Positions 34,765-43,499 of a stretch of DNA of 48,101 nucleotides are shown here, one piece after another. The stretch spans positions 1 to 48,101 of IMG/VR virus record IMGVR_UViG_3300031949_000062; one strand, written 5' to 3'. Source of the DNA: a virus (taxonomy: Duplodnaviria; Caudoviricetes). How positions within the stretch are numbered: position 1 is the stretch's first letter; every line of letters starts with the position of its first letter. Made by a program: the position numbers and the translations under genes. The notes beneath the pieces are model-generated. The model was given only the letters and a program-made list of their open reading frames with translations. It was not told where the DNA came from and did no database searches.

Positions 34765-35478
34765 ATGGCAAAAACATTTACTGAAATAAGTACAAAAGGG
34801 TTAGCTTTCATAAAAAAGGAAGAAGGAACAATTCTTTATGTTTATGATGATGCCGTAGCCCCAACAAAAAGATATACTAAAGGCACTAAAGTTAGAGGCA
34901 CATTAACTGCTGGTGTTGGTCATACAAATCCTACTGATATTCAAGCATGGATTGGTAAAGATATACCTGTTGATGTTGTAAATAGATGGCTTGATTGGGA
35001 TTTAGATGCAGCGGAATCAACTGTATTTAATATCGTTAAAGTACCACTATTACCAAATCAAAGAGACGTATTAATTTCTTTCACATTCAATGCTGGTGTT
35101 ACTGCTTTCACTACTTCAACTTTATTAAAGAAAGTAAACCAAAAGAAGTTTGGCGATGTGCCTACTGAATTAGCTAAATGGACTAAGACAACCATTAATG
35201 GAAAGAAAGTTACTTCTCCCGGTCTTGTTAAAAGACGAGCTAATGAAGCTGCAATGTGGACTGGTAATGTTAAAGTTAGTGGAACTCAAGTAGCTACACC
35301 AGAATCACAACCTCTATCTATCTCAGAAATCGCAACTGGTGCTGGTGCTATACTAAGTCCTGCTGCTGGTTTTGCTAATAGTACAGGATTTGTTTCATAT
35401 GCATTTGGTGCTGCTGTAATTATCGCAGTTGTTATAATAGGGATCATAGTATTAAAGCGCTATGTATTTAATAAATAA
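34765..35478 (+). CDS. Endolysin, GH24 lysozyme with C-terminal TM segment
   Basis: EEG..YDD..TAGVGHT, SFTFNAG, STLLKKVN and GLVKRRANE. Confidence 0.9.
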   Translation: MAKTFTEISTKGLAFIKKEEGTILYVYDDAVAPTKRYTKGTKVRGTLTAGVGHTNPTDIQAWIGKDIPVDVVNRWLDWDLDAAESTVFNIVKVPLLPNQRDVLISFTFNAGVTAFTTSTLLKKVNQKKFGDVPTELAKWTKTTINGKKVTSPGLVKRRANEAAMWTGNVKVSGTQVATPESQPLSISEIATGAGAILSPAAGFANSTGFVSYAFGAAVIIAVVIIGIIVLKRYVFNK

Positions 35479-35810
35479 TGGTTGATTGGTTAGTTGATAA
35501 TATAATTAATAAACTATGGGATAGTTTAACTTCTTTCACATTTGGGTTTATTCCAACATGGGTATGGGTAGTTATTGCTGTGCTTGCTGCGGCTTGGGTA
35601 TGGCGTCAATTTGGCTGGCAGGGGCTGGTTGGGCTAGGACTACTGATCCTTACCTTTGGAGCCTACAGACAAGGATGGAGGGATGCTAAGGCTAAAAGAA
35701 AGCCAGTAGTGCCGATTGATATTCCTGTTGTTCCAACAGCACCTATTCCTGCTGTTAAAAAGAAGAAGCCAAGACGTAAAACTATCTTTGAGAGTCTAGG
35801 AAAAGATTAA
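35478..35810 (+). CDS. Lysis-module membrane protein
   Basis: Two TM segments and a basic C-terminus; follows the endolysin. Confidence 0.6.
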   Translation: MVDWLVDNIINKLWDSLTSFTFGFIPTWVWVVIAVLAAAWVWRQFGWQGLVGLGLLILTFGAYRQGWRDAKAKRKPVVPIDIPVVPTAPIPAVKKKKPRRKTIFESLGKD

Positions 35811-35811
35811 A

Positions 35812-36084
35812 ATGCTCACAGATAGAGAATGCCGTGAAAATCGAGCTATTGATAAACTAGAAGATTTCTTGGATACACAAGCAGAAAAGCTTCCAAACTT
35901 TACTGAAGATGATGTTGTTGTCCTTAAAAGGGTCATCTCTATAGTAAAAGGATTGGAAGCTTTTGGTAGTTTTGCAGAGTTTATTAAAGCAACAATTATA
36001 TGGTTTGGTGTTATATTTACTGCATTTATAGCTATTAAAAATGGAGCCATTAACTTTATTCTAGATGTGGTAAGCGGAAAATAG
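35812..36084 (+). CDS. Putative holin-like membrane protein
   Basis: C-terminal TM segment; lysis context. Confidence 0.5.
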   Translation: MLTDRECRENRAIDKLEDFLDTQAEKLPNFTEDDVVVLKRVISIVKGLEAFGSFAEFIKATIIWFGVIFTAFIAIKNGAINFILDVVSGK

Positions 36085-36085
36085 A

Positions 36086-36214
36086 ATGAAATTTATACAA
36101 GATTTATTAAATATTGAATATATAAAAATAATTACGCCTATCATATTAGCTACAATCTTATCTATGTTTATGCTTGGAGCATTAGATATTGTTACTCATA
36201 TGTTAATGAAATAA
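36086..36214 (+). CDS. Putative 42-aa membrane microprotein
   Basis: Hydrophobic ORF ending at the strand convergence point. Confidence 0.4.
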   Translation: MKFIQDLLNIEYIKIITPIILATILSMFMLGALDIVTHMLMK

Positions 36215-36221
36215 ACCACAG

Positions 36222-36422
36222 TTATATTTCACCATTAATAATTTTATCTAGCCTATCATTCCATCGTCTTAAATCTGCTGTATCCGCTGTCGGCATTCCA
36301 TCACTAGTTTGTGGCAGCGGATCAACTTTAAGAGAATCAATAATAATACTCACAAGATTAGCACCATTGCCGGTGCCGTGGATAAACAAAGATGTTATAG
36401 CATCGGCTTTATCTCTAACCAT
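36222..36422 (-). CDS. Hypothetical protein
   Basis: 66 aa, overlaps the upstream stop. Confidence 0.5.
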   Translation of the reverse strand: MVRDKADAITSLFIHGTGNGANLVSIIIDSLKVDPLPQTSDGMPTADTADLRRWNDRLDKIINGEI

Positions 36423-36954
36423 TTTTACAAAAACAAGTTAGTGCAATAGGAAGTTGTACAGGTGTATAGTGATTCTGTTCTACACAAACATTGAAATATC
36501 TTAAATCAAGTTTGCCACTAGAAGTACGCACAGCATTATCATGTAAATGGCCATGAACATTAAACTGCCCCCTCTTTAAATCTGTTTCCGCTAGAGGTAC
36601 ATGACTAGCAATCAGATTATATTCTGGAAAATACTTCCATAGATAAATTCGTTCAAAAGCACCGGTACTCATTAGAAAATCAACATCATCATGATTCCCA
36701 ACACAAAGGCGCTTCCTACCGTTCATTGCAGCAATTTGTTCTCTAGCATTTTTATTAGTTTTCCAAGTTACATCGCCAAGAAAATACACTAGATCAGTAT
36801 CATGTACCGTAGCATTATGTTTATCAATAATATAGTGATCATGTGCCTCAATTGAATTAAATCCGAGCCTTAGTAAACCTCCACTTTCATTTACAAAGTT
36901 TAATATGTTTTTATGACCTAGATGATGATCTGAAATAAAAAATGTATTGGGCAT
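36415..36954 (-). CDS. Calcineurin-like metallophosphoesterase
   Basis: SDHHLGH, LGDV, GNHD, SHVP and HGHLH motifs. Confidence 0.9.
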   Translation of the reverse strand: MPNTFFISDHHLGHKNILNFVNESGGLLRLGFNSIEAHDHYIIDKHNATVHDTDLVYFLGDVTWKTNKNAREQIAAMNGRKRLCVGNHDDVDFLMSTGAFERIYLWKYFPEYNLIASHVPLAETDLKRGQFNVHGHLHDNAVRTSSGKLDLRYFNVCVEQNHYTPVQLPIALTCFCKNG

Positions 36955-36971
36955 ATAATACTTATCCTTTT

Positions 36972-37175
36972 TTAAACGGTAATCTCTATTTTAGTATCAG
37001 ATGGTAAGACTGTAATATATTTCTCATCTTGTATTATTAGCCCTACTAGGGCAGTACTGTTTCCAACAAGGCAAACCCACTTATTATCCTTCATTTTAAA
37101 AAATAAAGCACCGCTTATCTGTCCAATACCAAAACGACTATTATTAGTATTATTAAGAACTTTAAACTTTTCCAT
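36972..37175 (-). CDS. Hypothetical protein
   Basis: 67-aa ORF in operon. Confidence 0.6.
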   Translation of the reverse strand: MEKFKVLNNTNNSRFGIGQISGALFFKMKDNKWVCLVGNSTALVGLIIQDEKYITVLPSDTKIEITV

Positions 37176-37415
37176 TTACCAATCTCTCTTTATTTCAGTT
37201 ACAGGCCAATTAAGTTCATCATGTTTTAAAGCTTTCAAAATAAATGCGTCCACATACTTGTCTTCAATACCCTCTTTAACACACCTATCTAAGACAAGTT
37301 CTGACTTAAATGATCCATTAAATACGCCCGGAACAGAATTTAAATATAAATAAGCTAGCTCATACTTATCTAATGCTTTAAGTTCAGCAACTGAATACTT
37401 TTCTAAGTTTTTCAT
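37176..37415 (-). CDS. Hypothetical protein
   Basis: 79-aa ORF, translationally coupled. Confidence 0.65.
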   Translation of the reverse strand: MKNLEKYSVAELKALDKYELAYLYLNSVPGVFNGSFKSELVLDRCVKEGIEDKYVDAFILKALKHDELNWPVTEIKRDW

Positions 37416-37657
37416 TCTTCTATAACTCCATATGCAATAATATCGCCAGCATTACCTTGATGCTTCCAATCGATTAAATCACGGTTATCCTCTACACCAC
37501 GTACTAAAGGTCCACCAATCTCTTCAGGCCAAACATTGAATGCTCGAAATTTAATATAATAAGTGGCACCTATAGGAACAGGATTTTTATTAATTACACC
37601 TTTCCACTCATACCACACTACATTTTCTGGTACTTCTTTTCCATCATAAGTCTTCAT
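37412..37657 (-). CDS. Hypothetical protein
   Basis: 81 aa; W.H....GDIIAY C-terminal motif common in small phage proteins. Confidence 0.65.
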   Translation of the reverse strand: MKTYDGKEVPENVVWYEWKGVINKNPVPIGATYYIKFRAFNVWPEEIGGPLVRGVEDNRDLIDWKHQGNAGDIIAYGVIEE

Positions 37658-37660
37658 TTT

Positions 37661-37837
37661 TTAATTTTCCTTTACTTCTTTAATATCTATTAGAACAGAG
37701 TTAGTATTGTAATGAAAATCAATATTAATATTTATCTTTTCTTCAAGACCAGCTTTTATTGCTTGATTAATAATAACACCAATCTCATCATATTCTAACT
37801 TACCAGTAAAAGTTTCTTTCAGGGCATCGTCTTGCAT
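37661..37837 (-). CDS. Small hypothetical protein (58 aa, not in ORF track)
   Basis: MQDDALKETFTGKLEY... fills the operon gap. Confidence 0.55.
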   Translation of the reverse strand: MQDDALKETFTGKLEYDEIGVIINQAIKAGLEEKININIDFHYNTNSVLIDIKEVKEN

Positions 37838-37838
37838 G

Positions 37839-38030
37839 CTATTTTCCTTCTAGCTGTTTTTTATATATTTCACGCTGAACGGCACGGTCGTAGTATAGTT
37901 TAAACGCAAGATTCTGCCCACGCTCCCATTCTTTATCATTCCAGCCAACAGGGGGAAAGGGATTAGATAGCACACCATTTTGAAAATCTTTAAACCCTTG
38001 ATCAAATGCTTTTTTATTAATATGATGCAT
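37839..38030 (-). CDS. Hypothetical protein (Rmf-like AF..G....NPF...W..G pattern)
   Basis: GGAGG RBS; AFDQGF..NPFP..EWERG. Confidence 0.55.
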   Translation of the reverse strand: MHHINKKAFDQGFKDFQNGVLSNPFPPVGWNDKEWERGQNLAFKLYYDRAVQREIYKKQLEGK

Positions 38031-38074
38031 ATATATACCTCCATTATAAATATTAGGCGGTGGTATAAAAGGTT

Positions 38075-38317
38075 CTAATTAAGTATGTCAGGAATTAATT
38101 CTAAATCAGATTCTTTCATAAGCCCTAATATATTAGCTTTTGTTTTAACTTCATAGACTACACTAGAACCCAATAGAAATTTAGTAATAGGCTGTTCTGC
38201 TAAGTGTTTAATATCTTCTGTAACCTCTACTATTGTTCCTTTAGCCCAATCTGAAGTAGATGAAAACCCATCAGTAGTAATCATAACATGATCACCCGGT
38301 TTAAACTTTTTTTCCAT
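38075..38317 (-). CDS. Small SH3-like-fold protein (paralog 3)
   Basis: KFKPGDHV...ESDLEL. Confidence 0.65.
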   Translation of the reverse strand: MEKKFKPGDHVMITTDGFSSTSDWAKGTIVEVTEDIKHLAEQPITKFLLGSSVVYEVKTKANILGLMKESDLELIPDILN

Positions 38318-38318
38318 T

Positions 38319-38549
38319 TTAATTAATAACCTCTATTTCATCTTCAAACATAATACTAAATTCTCCATACGAAGACGTAACCGAGTAAGCATGATTATTC
38401 GTATGTATAGGTTCAAATAATGCGATAAATTCTGCTTCCTCTTTGTCTACAGTACTGTTAATCGTAACTTTATCTCCTTTACTAAAACCCTGATGGCCCA
38501 TATGATCAATAAGAATTATAACTTTCGCTCCATTTTCAAACTTATGCAT
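38319..38549 (-). CDS. Small SH3-like-fold protein (paralog 2)
   Basis: KFENGAKV...EDEIEV. Confidence 0.65.
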   Translation of the reverse strand: MHKFENGAKVIILIDHMGHQGFSKGDKVTINSTVDKEEAEFIALFEPIHTNNHAYSVTSSYGEFSIMFEDEIEVIN

Positions 38550-38787
38550 CTTTTACAACCTCATTTTCAAGTTCATATTCAAAGACAATGCCAAAATTAT
38601 TCTTATTTTCAAGGTCACTTCCAAGAAACTTTGTAGGGATAACAGTGTAGGCTGGCCTATTATAAAGCAATGAGCAAAGAGTAGAACGATCATCCTGCCT
38701 AATTTTAACTGTTACGCCCTTTTCAAAATCTTCACCAAGGTCTGTAGCAATGGTTACAACATCACCATCTTTAAATTTGTACTGCAT
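38542..38787 (-). CDS. Small SH3-like-fold protein (paralog 1)
   Basis: KFKDGDVV...EYELE. Confidence 0.65.
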   Translation of the reverse strand: MQYKFKDGDVVTIATDLGEDFEKGVTVKIRQDDRSTLCSLLYNRPAYTVIPTKFLGSDLENKNNFGIVFEYELENEVVKDA

Positions 38788-38805
38788 TTTTAAATCCTTT
38801 TTTGT

Positions 38806-38970
38806 AAAAAAAAAACGCCCTAACAGAAGTCGTGTTAATGAAGTTTCATTTCATTGTTTATCAACTGTTAGAGCGTTAAAGTTAAGTTTTAGTACCAAAT
38901 GTGGGCAGGCTTGATGTTCGCCGATCATCCGTCGAATGACACAGGCTGGCCCTGCCAGACCATTGGGTTG
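38806..38970 (-). ncRNA. Candidate sRNA or structured leader RNA
   Basis: GC-rich multi-stem (GGCAGG/CCTGCC) followed by a 13-bp stem and U run; own promoter. Confidence 0.5.
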
Positions 38971-38976
38971 AGAGCT

Positions 38977-39005
38977 ACCCTAGCTTAAAGCTAAGCCTAT
39001 GTCAA
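38977..39005 (-). promoter_or_regulatory. sigma70-type promoter
   Basis: TTTAC-TTGACA-17 bp-TAGGGT on the minus strand. Confidence 0.6.
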
Positions 39006-39010
39006 GTAAA

Positions 39011-39337
39011 TTAAGCCCCGTATTCCTGCCTTATCCAGCGAGCAAAAGCTTTCAATTGCTCAGGAGTAGCATTAGACTTCATCTGGTTTGCCAATTGACT
39101 AATAACCCATACATTATCTTTTGTATAACCTTTTGTGTTATCTTTACGGTCAATAGATGGAGAGTTTGATCTTCCACCAACATACCCAGTATTTACTTGT
39201 AATTCAATACCTAGTATCGGACAATATTGAGAAATAGTTATTTCATCTGCTGATAAATCAACAACTATACTTTGTTTTTTTGCTCTTTCTTTTGCTCTCT
39301 TTAATAATAAATTTTTATTATTCATTAAACGCCGCAA
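39011..39337 (-). CDS. HNH-like (beta-beta-alpha-Me) endonuclease
   Basis: CPILG..SPSIDRKD..KGYTKDNV.VIS..AN.MK. Confidence 0.8.
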   Translation of the reverse strand: MRRLMNNKNLLLKRAKERAKKQSIVVDLSADEITISQYCPILGIELQVNTGYVGGRSNSPSIDRKDNTKGYTKDNVWVISQLANQMKSNATPEQLKAFARWIRQEYGA

Positions 39338-41010
39338 CTTCCGCCACGTTGACTTATATCACAAATATCATGAGTCATTACAGATTCCTCAAATTCTTCA
39401 CCAAGCTTGCTAACAGCTTCCTTATAAAGAACTGGTGTTAAGGGTTGTCCCCCTCTTGAGCCATCTGCATATACAGTAAATCCTCTAAGTCTATGAGCAT
39501 ATTTAGCTAATGTATTGGTAAATGCTTCTACAGTGTCTTCATTATTTAGTTCTGTTCCCCAAGCTGGTAGATTAATAGTAGAAGAAATAGACATATCTAC
39601 ATAATCCTGAATATCAGCTTGGAATTTAATACGTCTCTCATAATCATTTGCAAGATCAAGAGCACTTTCTACATTATTCGGATTAACACCGTAAAGTTCA
39701 ATAAGTTCTTCAGCAGCACTATCTACTACATACTGATACTTCCATTTAGTTCCTTCAGTTAAATAACGACGCTTGTAAGCAACGCTAAAGACAGGCTCAA
39801 TCCCGGTAGTAGTCCCAGCAAGAATGCCAATACTTCCGGTTGGGGCGATAGCACGATTAGCAACAGGAGTAGAAACATTAAGCTGTTTAGAAAATTGCCT
39901 AGAAACACTATTAGATTGGCTTTTATAGGCTTCCAACCATCTATGTAATTCTGGTGTGACCTCATATTTTTGTCCCTTCTTAATCAACCATTCATGAATC
40001 CCCATTAACCCTAAACCAAGTCTTCTGTTCTTTTCTCTAACTTTATATACTTTTTCATAAGGAAGATCAGCTTTTAATGTACCAAGTAACAAAAATTTGA
40101 TTGATAGTTCAATTACATCCATAAATTCTTGTAAAGAATCAATACGACCAAGATTAATACTACCCAAATTACACACATCACTATCATCTTCACTAGTGAC
40201 TTCATTACATGCATTCCTTAAAGTTTCTTGTTCTTTGTCAAAGAAGTTAAAACTAAATCCGGGTTCTGCTGTTTCAAGGGCTTGCCTAACATTACGTCTA
40301 AATACACTCCCAACATCACCAGTATTCCAATAATTCATTAACCATTCAGTGTCATAATTAACACTGATATTAGTCATATCTAATGGTGCTTTGAAGTTAA
40401 AATCTTGTTGCTTGATTTCCCATAAAGACAAGCCAGTATTGCCTACTGGCATATTCTTCCAATCTTTAGCTTCCAAAAAGTCAAAAATATCATCGTGTTT
40501 CCAGTTTAACGAGGCGTAGATAGCAGATCGTCTTGATCCACCTTGCATAACATATCTACCAATGTCATTGATCATTTCCATCTTTGGAATTGGACCAGAT
40601 GATACACCGCCAGTCTGACTTAAGTGTTTATTCTTACCACGATAAACAGAGTAGTCATTCCCAATACCGCCTCCTACCATTAAACAGGATTCAGACTTCC
40701 ATGATAAATCTGCCCAATCTTCTCTGGTATCTTCTAATGATTTAAGCAGAAAACAGTTGTTATAGAACTTCTTCTTTCTGCCAGCATAGTATAAATATCT
40801 ACCACCCGGTATAAACTTTAAATCCGTTATATATTGAGTTAATTGTTGTTTTTCATCTTGAGTCAAATAACCACTACTATCCACATCATTAACTAATGTG
40901 TGGGCTAATGCTTGCCATGTTTCTGCGCCTTCATGTTTATATTTATTACGGAAGATCGTTTCTGAAAACTCACTCCTAAACATTGGGTTTTCATTACTAC
41001 GATACCTCAT
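39325..41010 (-). CDS. nrdJ: Class II (B12-dependent) ribonucleotide reductase
   Basis: PGGR, NNCF, RRSA, NACNE, CNLGSIN, APTG and C-terminal C..C; no beta subunit nearby. Confidence 0.85.
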   Translation of the reverse strand: MRYRSNENPMFRSEFSETIFRNKYKHEGAETWQALAHTLVNDVDSSGYLTQDEKQQLTQYITDLKFIPGGRYLYYAGRKKKFYNNCFLLKSLEDTREDWADLSWKSESCLMVGGGIGNDYSVYRGKNKHLSQTGGVSSGPIPKMEMINDIGRYVMQGGSRRSAIYASLNWKHDDIFDFLEAKDWKNMPVGNTGLSLWEIKQQDFNFKAPLDMTNISVNYDTEWLMNYWNTGDVGSVFRRNVRQALETAEPGFSFNFFDKEQETLRNACNEVTSEDDSDVCNLGSINLGRIDSLQEFMDVIELSIKFLLLGTLKADLPYEKVYKVREKNRRLGLGLMGIHEWLIKKGQKYEVTPELHRWLEAYKSQSNSVSRQFSKQLNVSTPVANRAIAPTGSIGILAGTTTGIEPVFSVAYKRRYLTEGTKWKYQYVVDSAAEELIELYGVNPNNVESALDLANDYERRIKFQADIQDYVDMSISSTINLPAWGTELNNEDTVEAFTNTLAKYAHRLRGFTVYADGSRGGQPLTPVLYKEAVSKLGEEFEESVMTHDICDISQRGGSCGV

Positions 41011-41082
41011 TTACATCCTTTTTATTTAATATTAAAGTGTTCACAATTTCTGATGCTAGCAGAGTTACTATTCTATAAAGAT

Positions 41083-41277
41083 TCATAACCATCCGACAAC
41101 TGCACCAATAAATGGTATTGGTATTCCAATAAGTCGGACTATAAACCAAGTGCTAATGTCGCCTCCAAGTAAAGCAATAAACTTAACTAGATTCATAACC
41201 CAACCAATAAAACTAACTGAAAGTAGAATAATCATAAATACAACGTAACCTAGGCCTAAATACTCATATATATTCAT
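41083..41277 (-). CDS. Small membrane protein
   Basis: Hydrophobic; GW..N..K...R..GI...GAV.GW. Confidence 0.65.
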   Translation of the reverse strand: MNIYEYLGLGYVVFMIILLSVSFIGWVMNLVKFIALLGGDISTWFIVRLIGIPIPFIGAVVGWL

Positions 41278-41651
41278 CTATTATCTCCACTTCCTCCTAA
41301 TACACCACGTTTTTTCCTATCTTCCAATTTAATTAAATTGTTTTCTGCTATTTCTCCTAGACTTAAACCCATAGCTTCAGCTGTTTGAGCCACGTACCAT
41401 AGCAAATCCCCTAATTCACTACCAATAGCAGCATGATCTATAATAATATTAGGATCACGGAATATTTTTTTAATCTTTCCTTGAACTTCCCCAGCTTCAC
41501 CTAAACCTAAACCAAGATACATTAAGCCATCCAAAGTACCTTTACCGGGATATATAGCTGTATCATTGGTCATCGCTTGATAGTCATTGAATGTTAAGGT
41601 AGATACAATAGGAATTCCTGCAATTTGTTTTCTCATATTAATCGTTGACAT
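41274..41651 (-). CDS. MazG-like nucleotide pyrophosphohydrolase
   Basis: GEAGEV..K.KK..RD, ELGDLLWY and N..KL.DR. Confidence 0.88.
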   Translation of the reverse strand: MSTINMRKQIAGIPIVSTLTFNDYQAMTNDTAIYPGKGTLDGLMYLGLGLGEAGEVQGKIKKIFRDPNIIIDHAAIGSELGDLLWYVAQTAEAMGLSLGEIAENNLIKLEDRKKRGVLGGSGDNR

Positions 41652-42243
41652 TTTTTTCTATAGCCTCGTCATACATTCTAATTAAATTTACGTGTCTTTC
41701 ACTTTGAGCCCAATCAAATAACTCTTTACGTTCTTTCTGTGAGAATAAAGTTGGTAAGGGTATAGCAGGCCATTGATCTTTTCCTTTTTGATCTGCCCAT
41801 ATATTTCTACGTTCAATATCAAGAGCTAACAAATCACATACTTTTCTATTTTCATAGATTTCATATGTGAATGGAGTATTAATTACCCATAATTTATCAT
41901 ACACAACTCTTTCAACTCCATGCTCATAGTCTTTAAATTGTGGGCCAAAGAGGTACTTTAACGGAGTTGCAATATCGCCTGTATAAGCTTCTGGAAAATC
42001 ATGTATTTTAACATCTAGTTCGAGAACATAATCATCAGGGTAAATCATGCTTCTAATACGATCAGAAAGTTTAAGATGTTGTGCTACAGTAAGTGGCTCT
42101 TTATCTTTAAAGTGGCCAGTGAATCTATAAATATAATTCAAAGCTCTATTTATATCATTAAGATCAATATCATCTGTAGTTAGATTACCTAGGTCAATAT
42201 ACTTACCGGATGATAATCTTTTAGTATGCACATTTCTTGTCAT
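41638..42243 (-). CDS. HD-domain phosphohydrolase (YfbR/DatZ-like)
   Basis: RFTGH, TVAQH, IHDFPEAYTGDI.TP.K. Confidence 0.85.
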   Translation of the reverse strand: MTRNVHTKRLSSGKYIDLGNLTTDDIDLNDINRALNYIYRFTGHFKDKEPLTVAQHLKLSDRIRSMIYPDDYVLELDVKIHDFPEAYTGDIATPLKYLFGPQFKDYEHGVERVVYDKLWVINTPFTYEIYENRKVCDLLALDIERRNIWADQKGKDQWPAIPLPTLFSQKERKELFDWAQSERHVNLIRMYDEAIEKNVND

Positions 42244-42245
42244 TA

Positions 42246-42419
42246 TTATTTTACCATTAATCCTATGTCTTTAGTATTTTGTTGAATATCGGCTTTTAAG
42301 TCTTCAATAAGCTCAGCTTGCTCAAGAATAATTAGTCTAAGAAGCTGCTCATTACGACTAAGAGTCGCTGGTAAGGTAGCTCTCAACTGTTCCAACTGGG
42401 TTTGATATACTGATTTCAT
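42246..42419 (-). CDS. Small coiled-coil protein (57 aa, not in ORF track)
   Basis: MKSVYQTQLEQLRATL...; overlaps the DUF5664 tail and ends just before the HD gene start. Confidence 0.5.
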   Translation of the reverse strand: MKSVYQTQLEQLRATLPATLSRNEQLLRLIILEQAELIEDLKADIQQNTKDIGLMVK

Positions 42420-42759
42420 TTTTTAATCTATCATCTTTTCCAACACCGCGTTCTTCATAAGCAATAAGGAATGCTAAACAACACCCGGCATGCCATAAGT
42501 GAGAACGCCCCGTTTCCATGTCTAAATCACCAAATACAAAGTTTTTAGTAACCGGGCCTTGTCCACCCCACCATGCCCACATATGTCGCATAAGAGCCCC
42601 AAATACGCGCCCCCATTTCATACCTAATTCCCAATTACGCTCAGTATATTTTTTTGCACCAAAAGTTAGAATATCAGCTACAGCAAATAGTAATTCAGGA
42701 GGTAACAAGTCCATTCTAACTTTTTCTTTATCGTCTTTGCGACCAACAACATCAACCAT
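42358..42759 (-). CDS. DUF5664-like dATP/dGTP diphosphohydrolase domain protein
   Basis: GRKDDKEK.RMDLLP, LTFGAKKY..RNW..G, A..RH and D.ETG.SHL.HA.CCL.FL. Confidence 0.85.
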   Translation of the reverse strand: MVDVVGRKDDKEKVRMDLLPPELLFAVADILTFGAKKYTERNWELGMKWGRVFGALMRHMWAWWGGQGPVTKNFVFGDLDMETGRSHLWHAGCCLAFLIAYEERGVGKDDRLKNEISISNPVGTVESYLTSDS

Positions 42760-43105
42760 TTTTTTGCTTCATTAATTTAAAAAAGTGTTCCATATCAACT
42801 ACTACTAATGCCTTCCTTCTATTAGCTCTAATAATTAAAAGAGGTTCAGTACCTTCTTTAGTGTTTTTAACTGCTTGATCATACATAGTATAAAGTTGCA
42901 ATTTAGCTCGCATTTTTGCTTCAATAGAGTATGGTATTTTTTTATTAGCGTGAGTAGAAAACAAAATATCAACACCAGAAGCCCCCATTGAAGTACTTCT
43001 TATATCTTGATCTGTTAAATCTGGATAAAGTTCGAGAAGATAATCACGAATAAGTTTTTGTAGGTTTCTACCCTTCGCTTTGGCTGATTGAGTAGTAATA
43101 GCCAT
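42752..43105 (-). CDS. Holliday junction resolvase-like PD-(D/E)xK endonuclease
   Basis: SAKAKGR.LQ, SMGASG.DI and SIEAK. Confidence 0.78.
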   Translation of the reverse strand: MAITTQSAKAKGRNLQKLIRDYLLELYPDLTDQDIRSTSMGASGVDILFSTHANKKIPYSIEAKMRAKLQLYTMYDQAVKNTKEGTEPLLIIRANRRKALVVVDMEHFFKLMKQKNG

Positions 43106-43296
43106 TAAGTTAAAATATTCGCCTTAATCACATCTACAACATGCAATATTTCTTCATCTATAATATCTTCATATTCACCATTTAGATAAGCTTCAATTGC
43201 TTCTTCTTCAGTTAAATATTCATAAAACACAACATTTAATGCTCTTGTTTCTACTGCTTCTATACGCCAAAAATTTGAGACACGTACTTTAGACAT
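43105..43296 (-). CDS. Hypothetical acidic protein
   Basis: 63 aa, translationally coupled. Confidence 0.6.
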   Translation of the reverse strand: MSKVRVSNFWRIEAVETRALNVVFYEYLTEEEAIEAYLNGEYEDIIDEEILHVVDVIKANILT

Positions 43297-43298
43297 TA

Positions 43299-43499
43299 TT
43301 AAACTCCTTCTCGTATTGATATAGCATCATAAGGTGGAATACGACCCATATTTACTTCTTCATAAAAATACTCAATAGCATCTTTTTCTGAATTAGCAGC
43401 AATAAGTACTTCTCTAAATGGGCCGTAATCACCATGATGCAAAGTTATAGTGTAGATTTTATCACGTATTCTAAATGGTTTACCCATTAGTTTCATCAT
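43299..43499 (-). CDS. Hypothetical protein
   Basis: 66 aa in operon. Confidence 0.55.
   Translation of the reverse strand: MMKLMGKPFRIRDKIYTITLHHGDYGPFREVLIAANSEKDAIEYFYEEVNMGRIPPYDAISIREGV

Noticed and set aside
37850-38044. Alternative-frame 64-aa ORF
   Set aside because: The overlapping ORF 37839..38030 has the RBS and a recognisable motif
38890-38970. HDV-like ribozyme or ZTP riboswitch, suggested by GGCGAA and GCCTGCCC
   Set aside because: I could not build the required nested pseudoknot or consensus, so it is left unassigned
38968-42387. 13-nt complementarity (GTTGAGAGCTACC) between the ncRNA promoter region and 42375-42387
   Set aside because: Matches of this length are expected by chance in 48 kb, and this one overlaps the -10 box
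41274-42759. Firm call of a Z-genome (2-aminoadenine) pathway
   Set aside because: There is no purZ in the window, and these hydrolases also occur in phages with unmodified DNA
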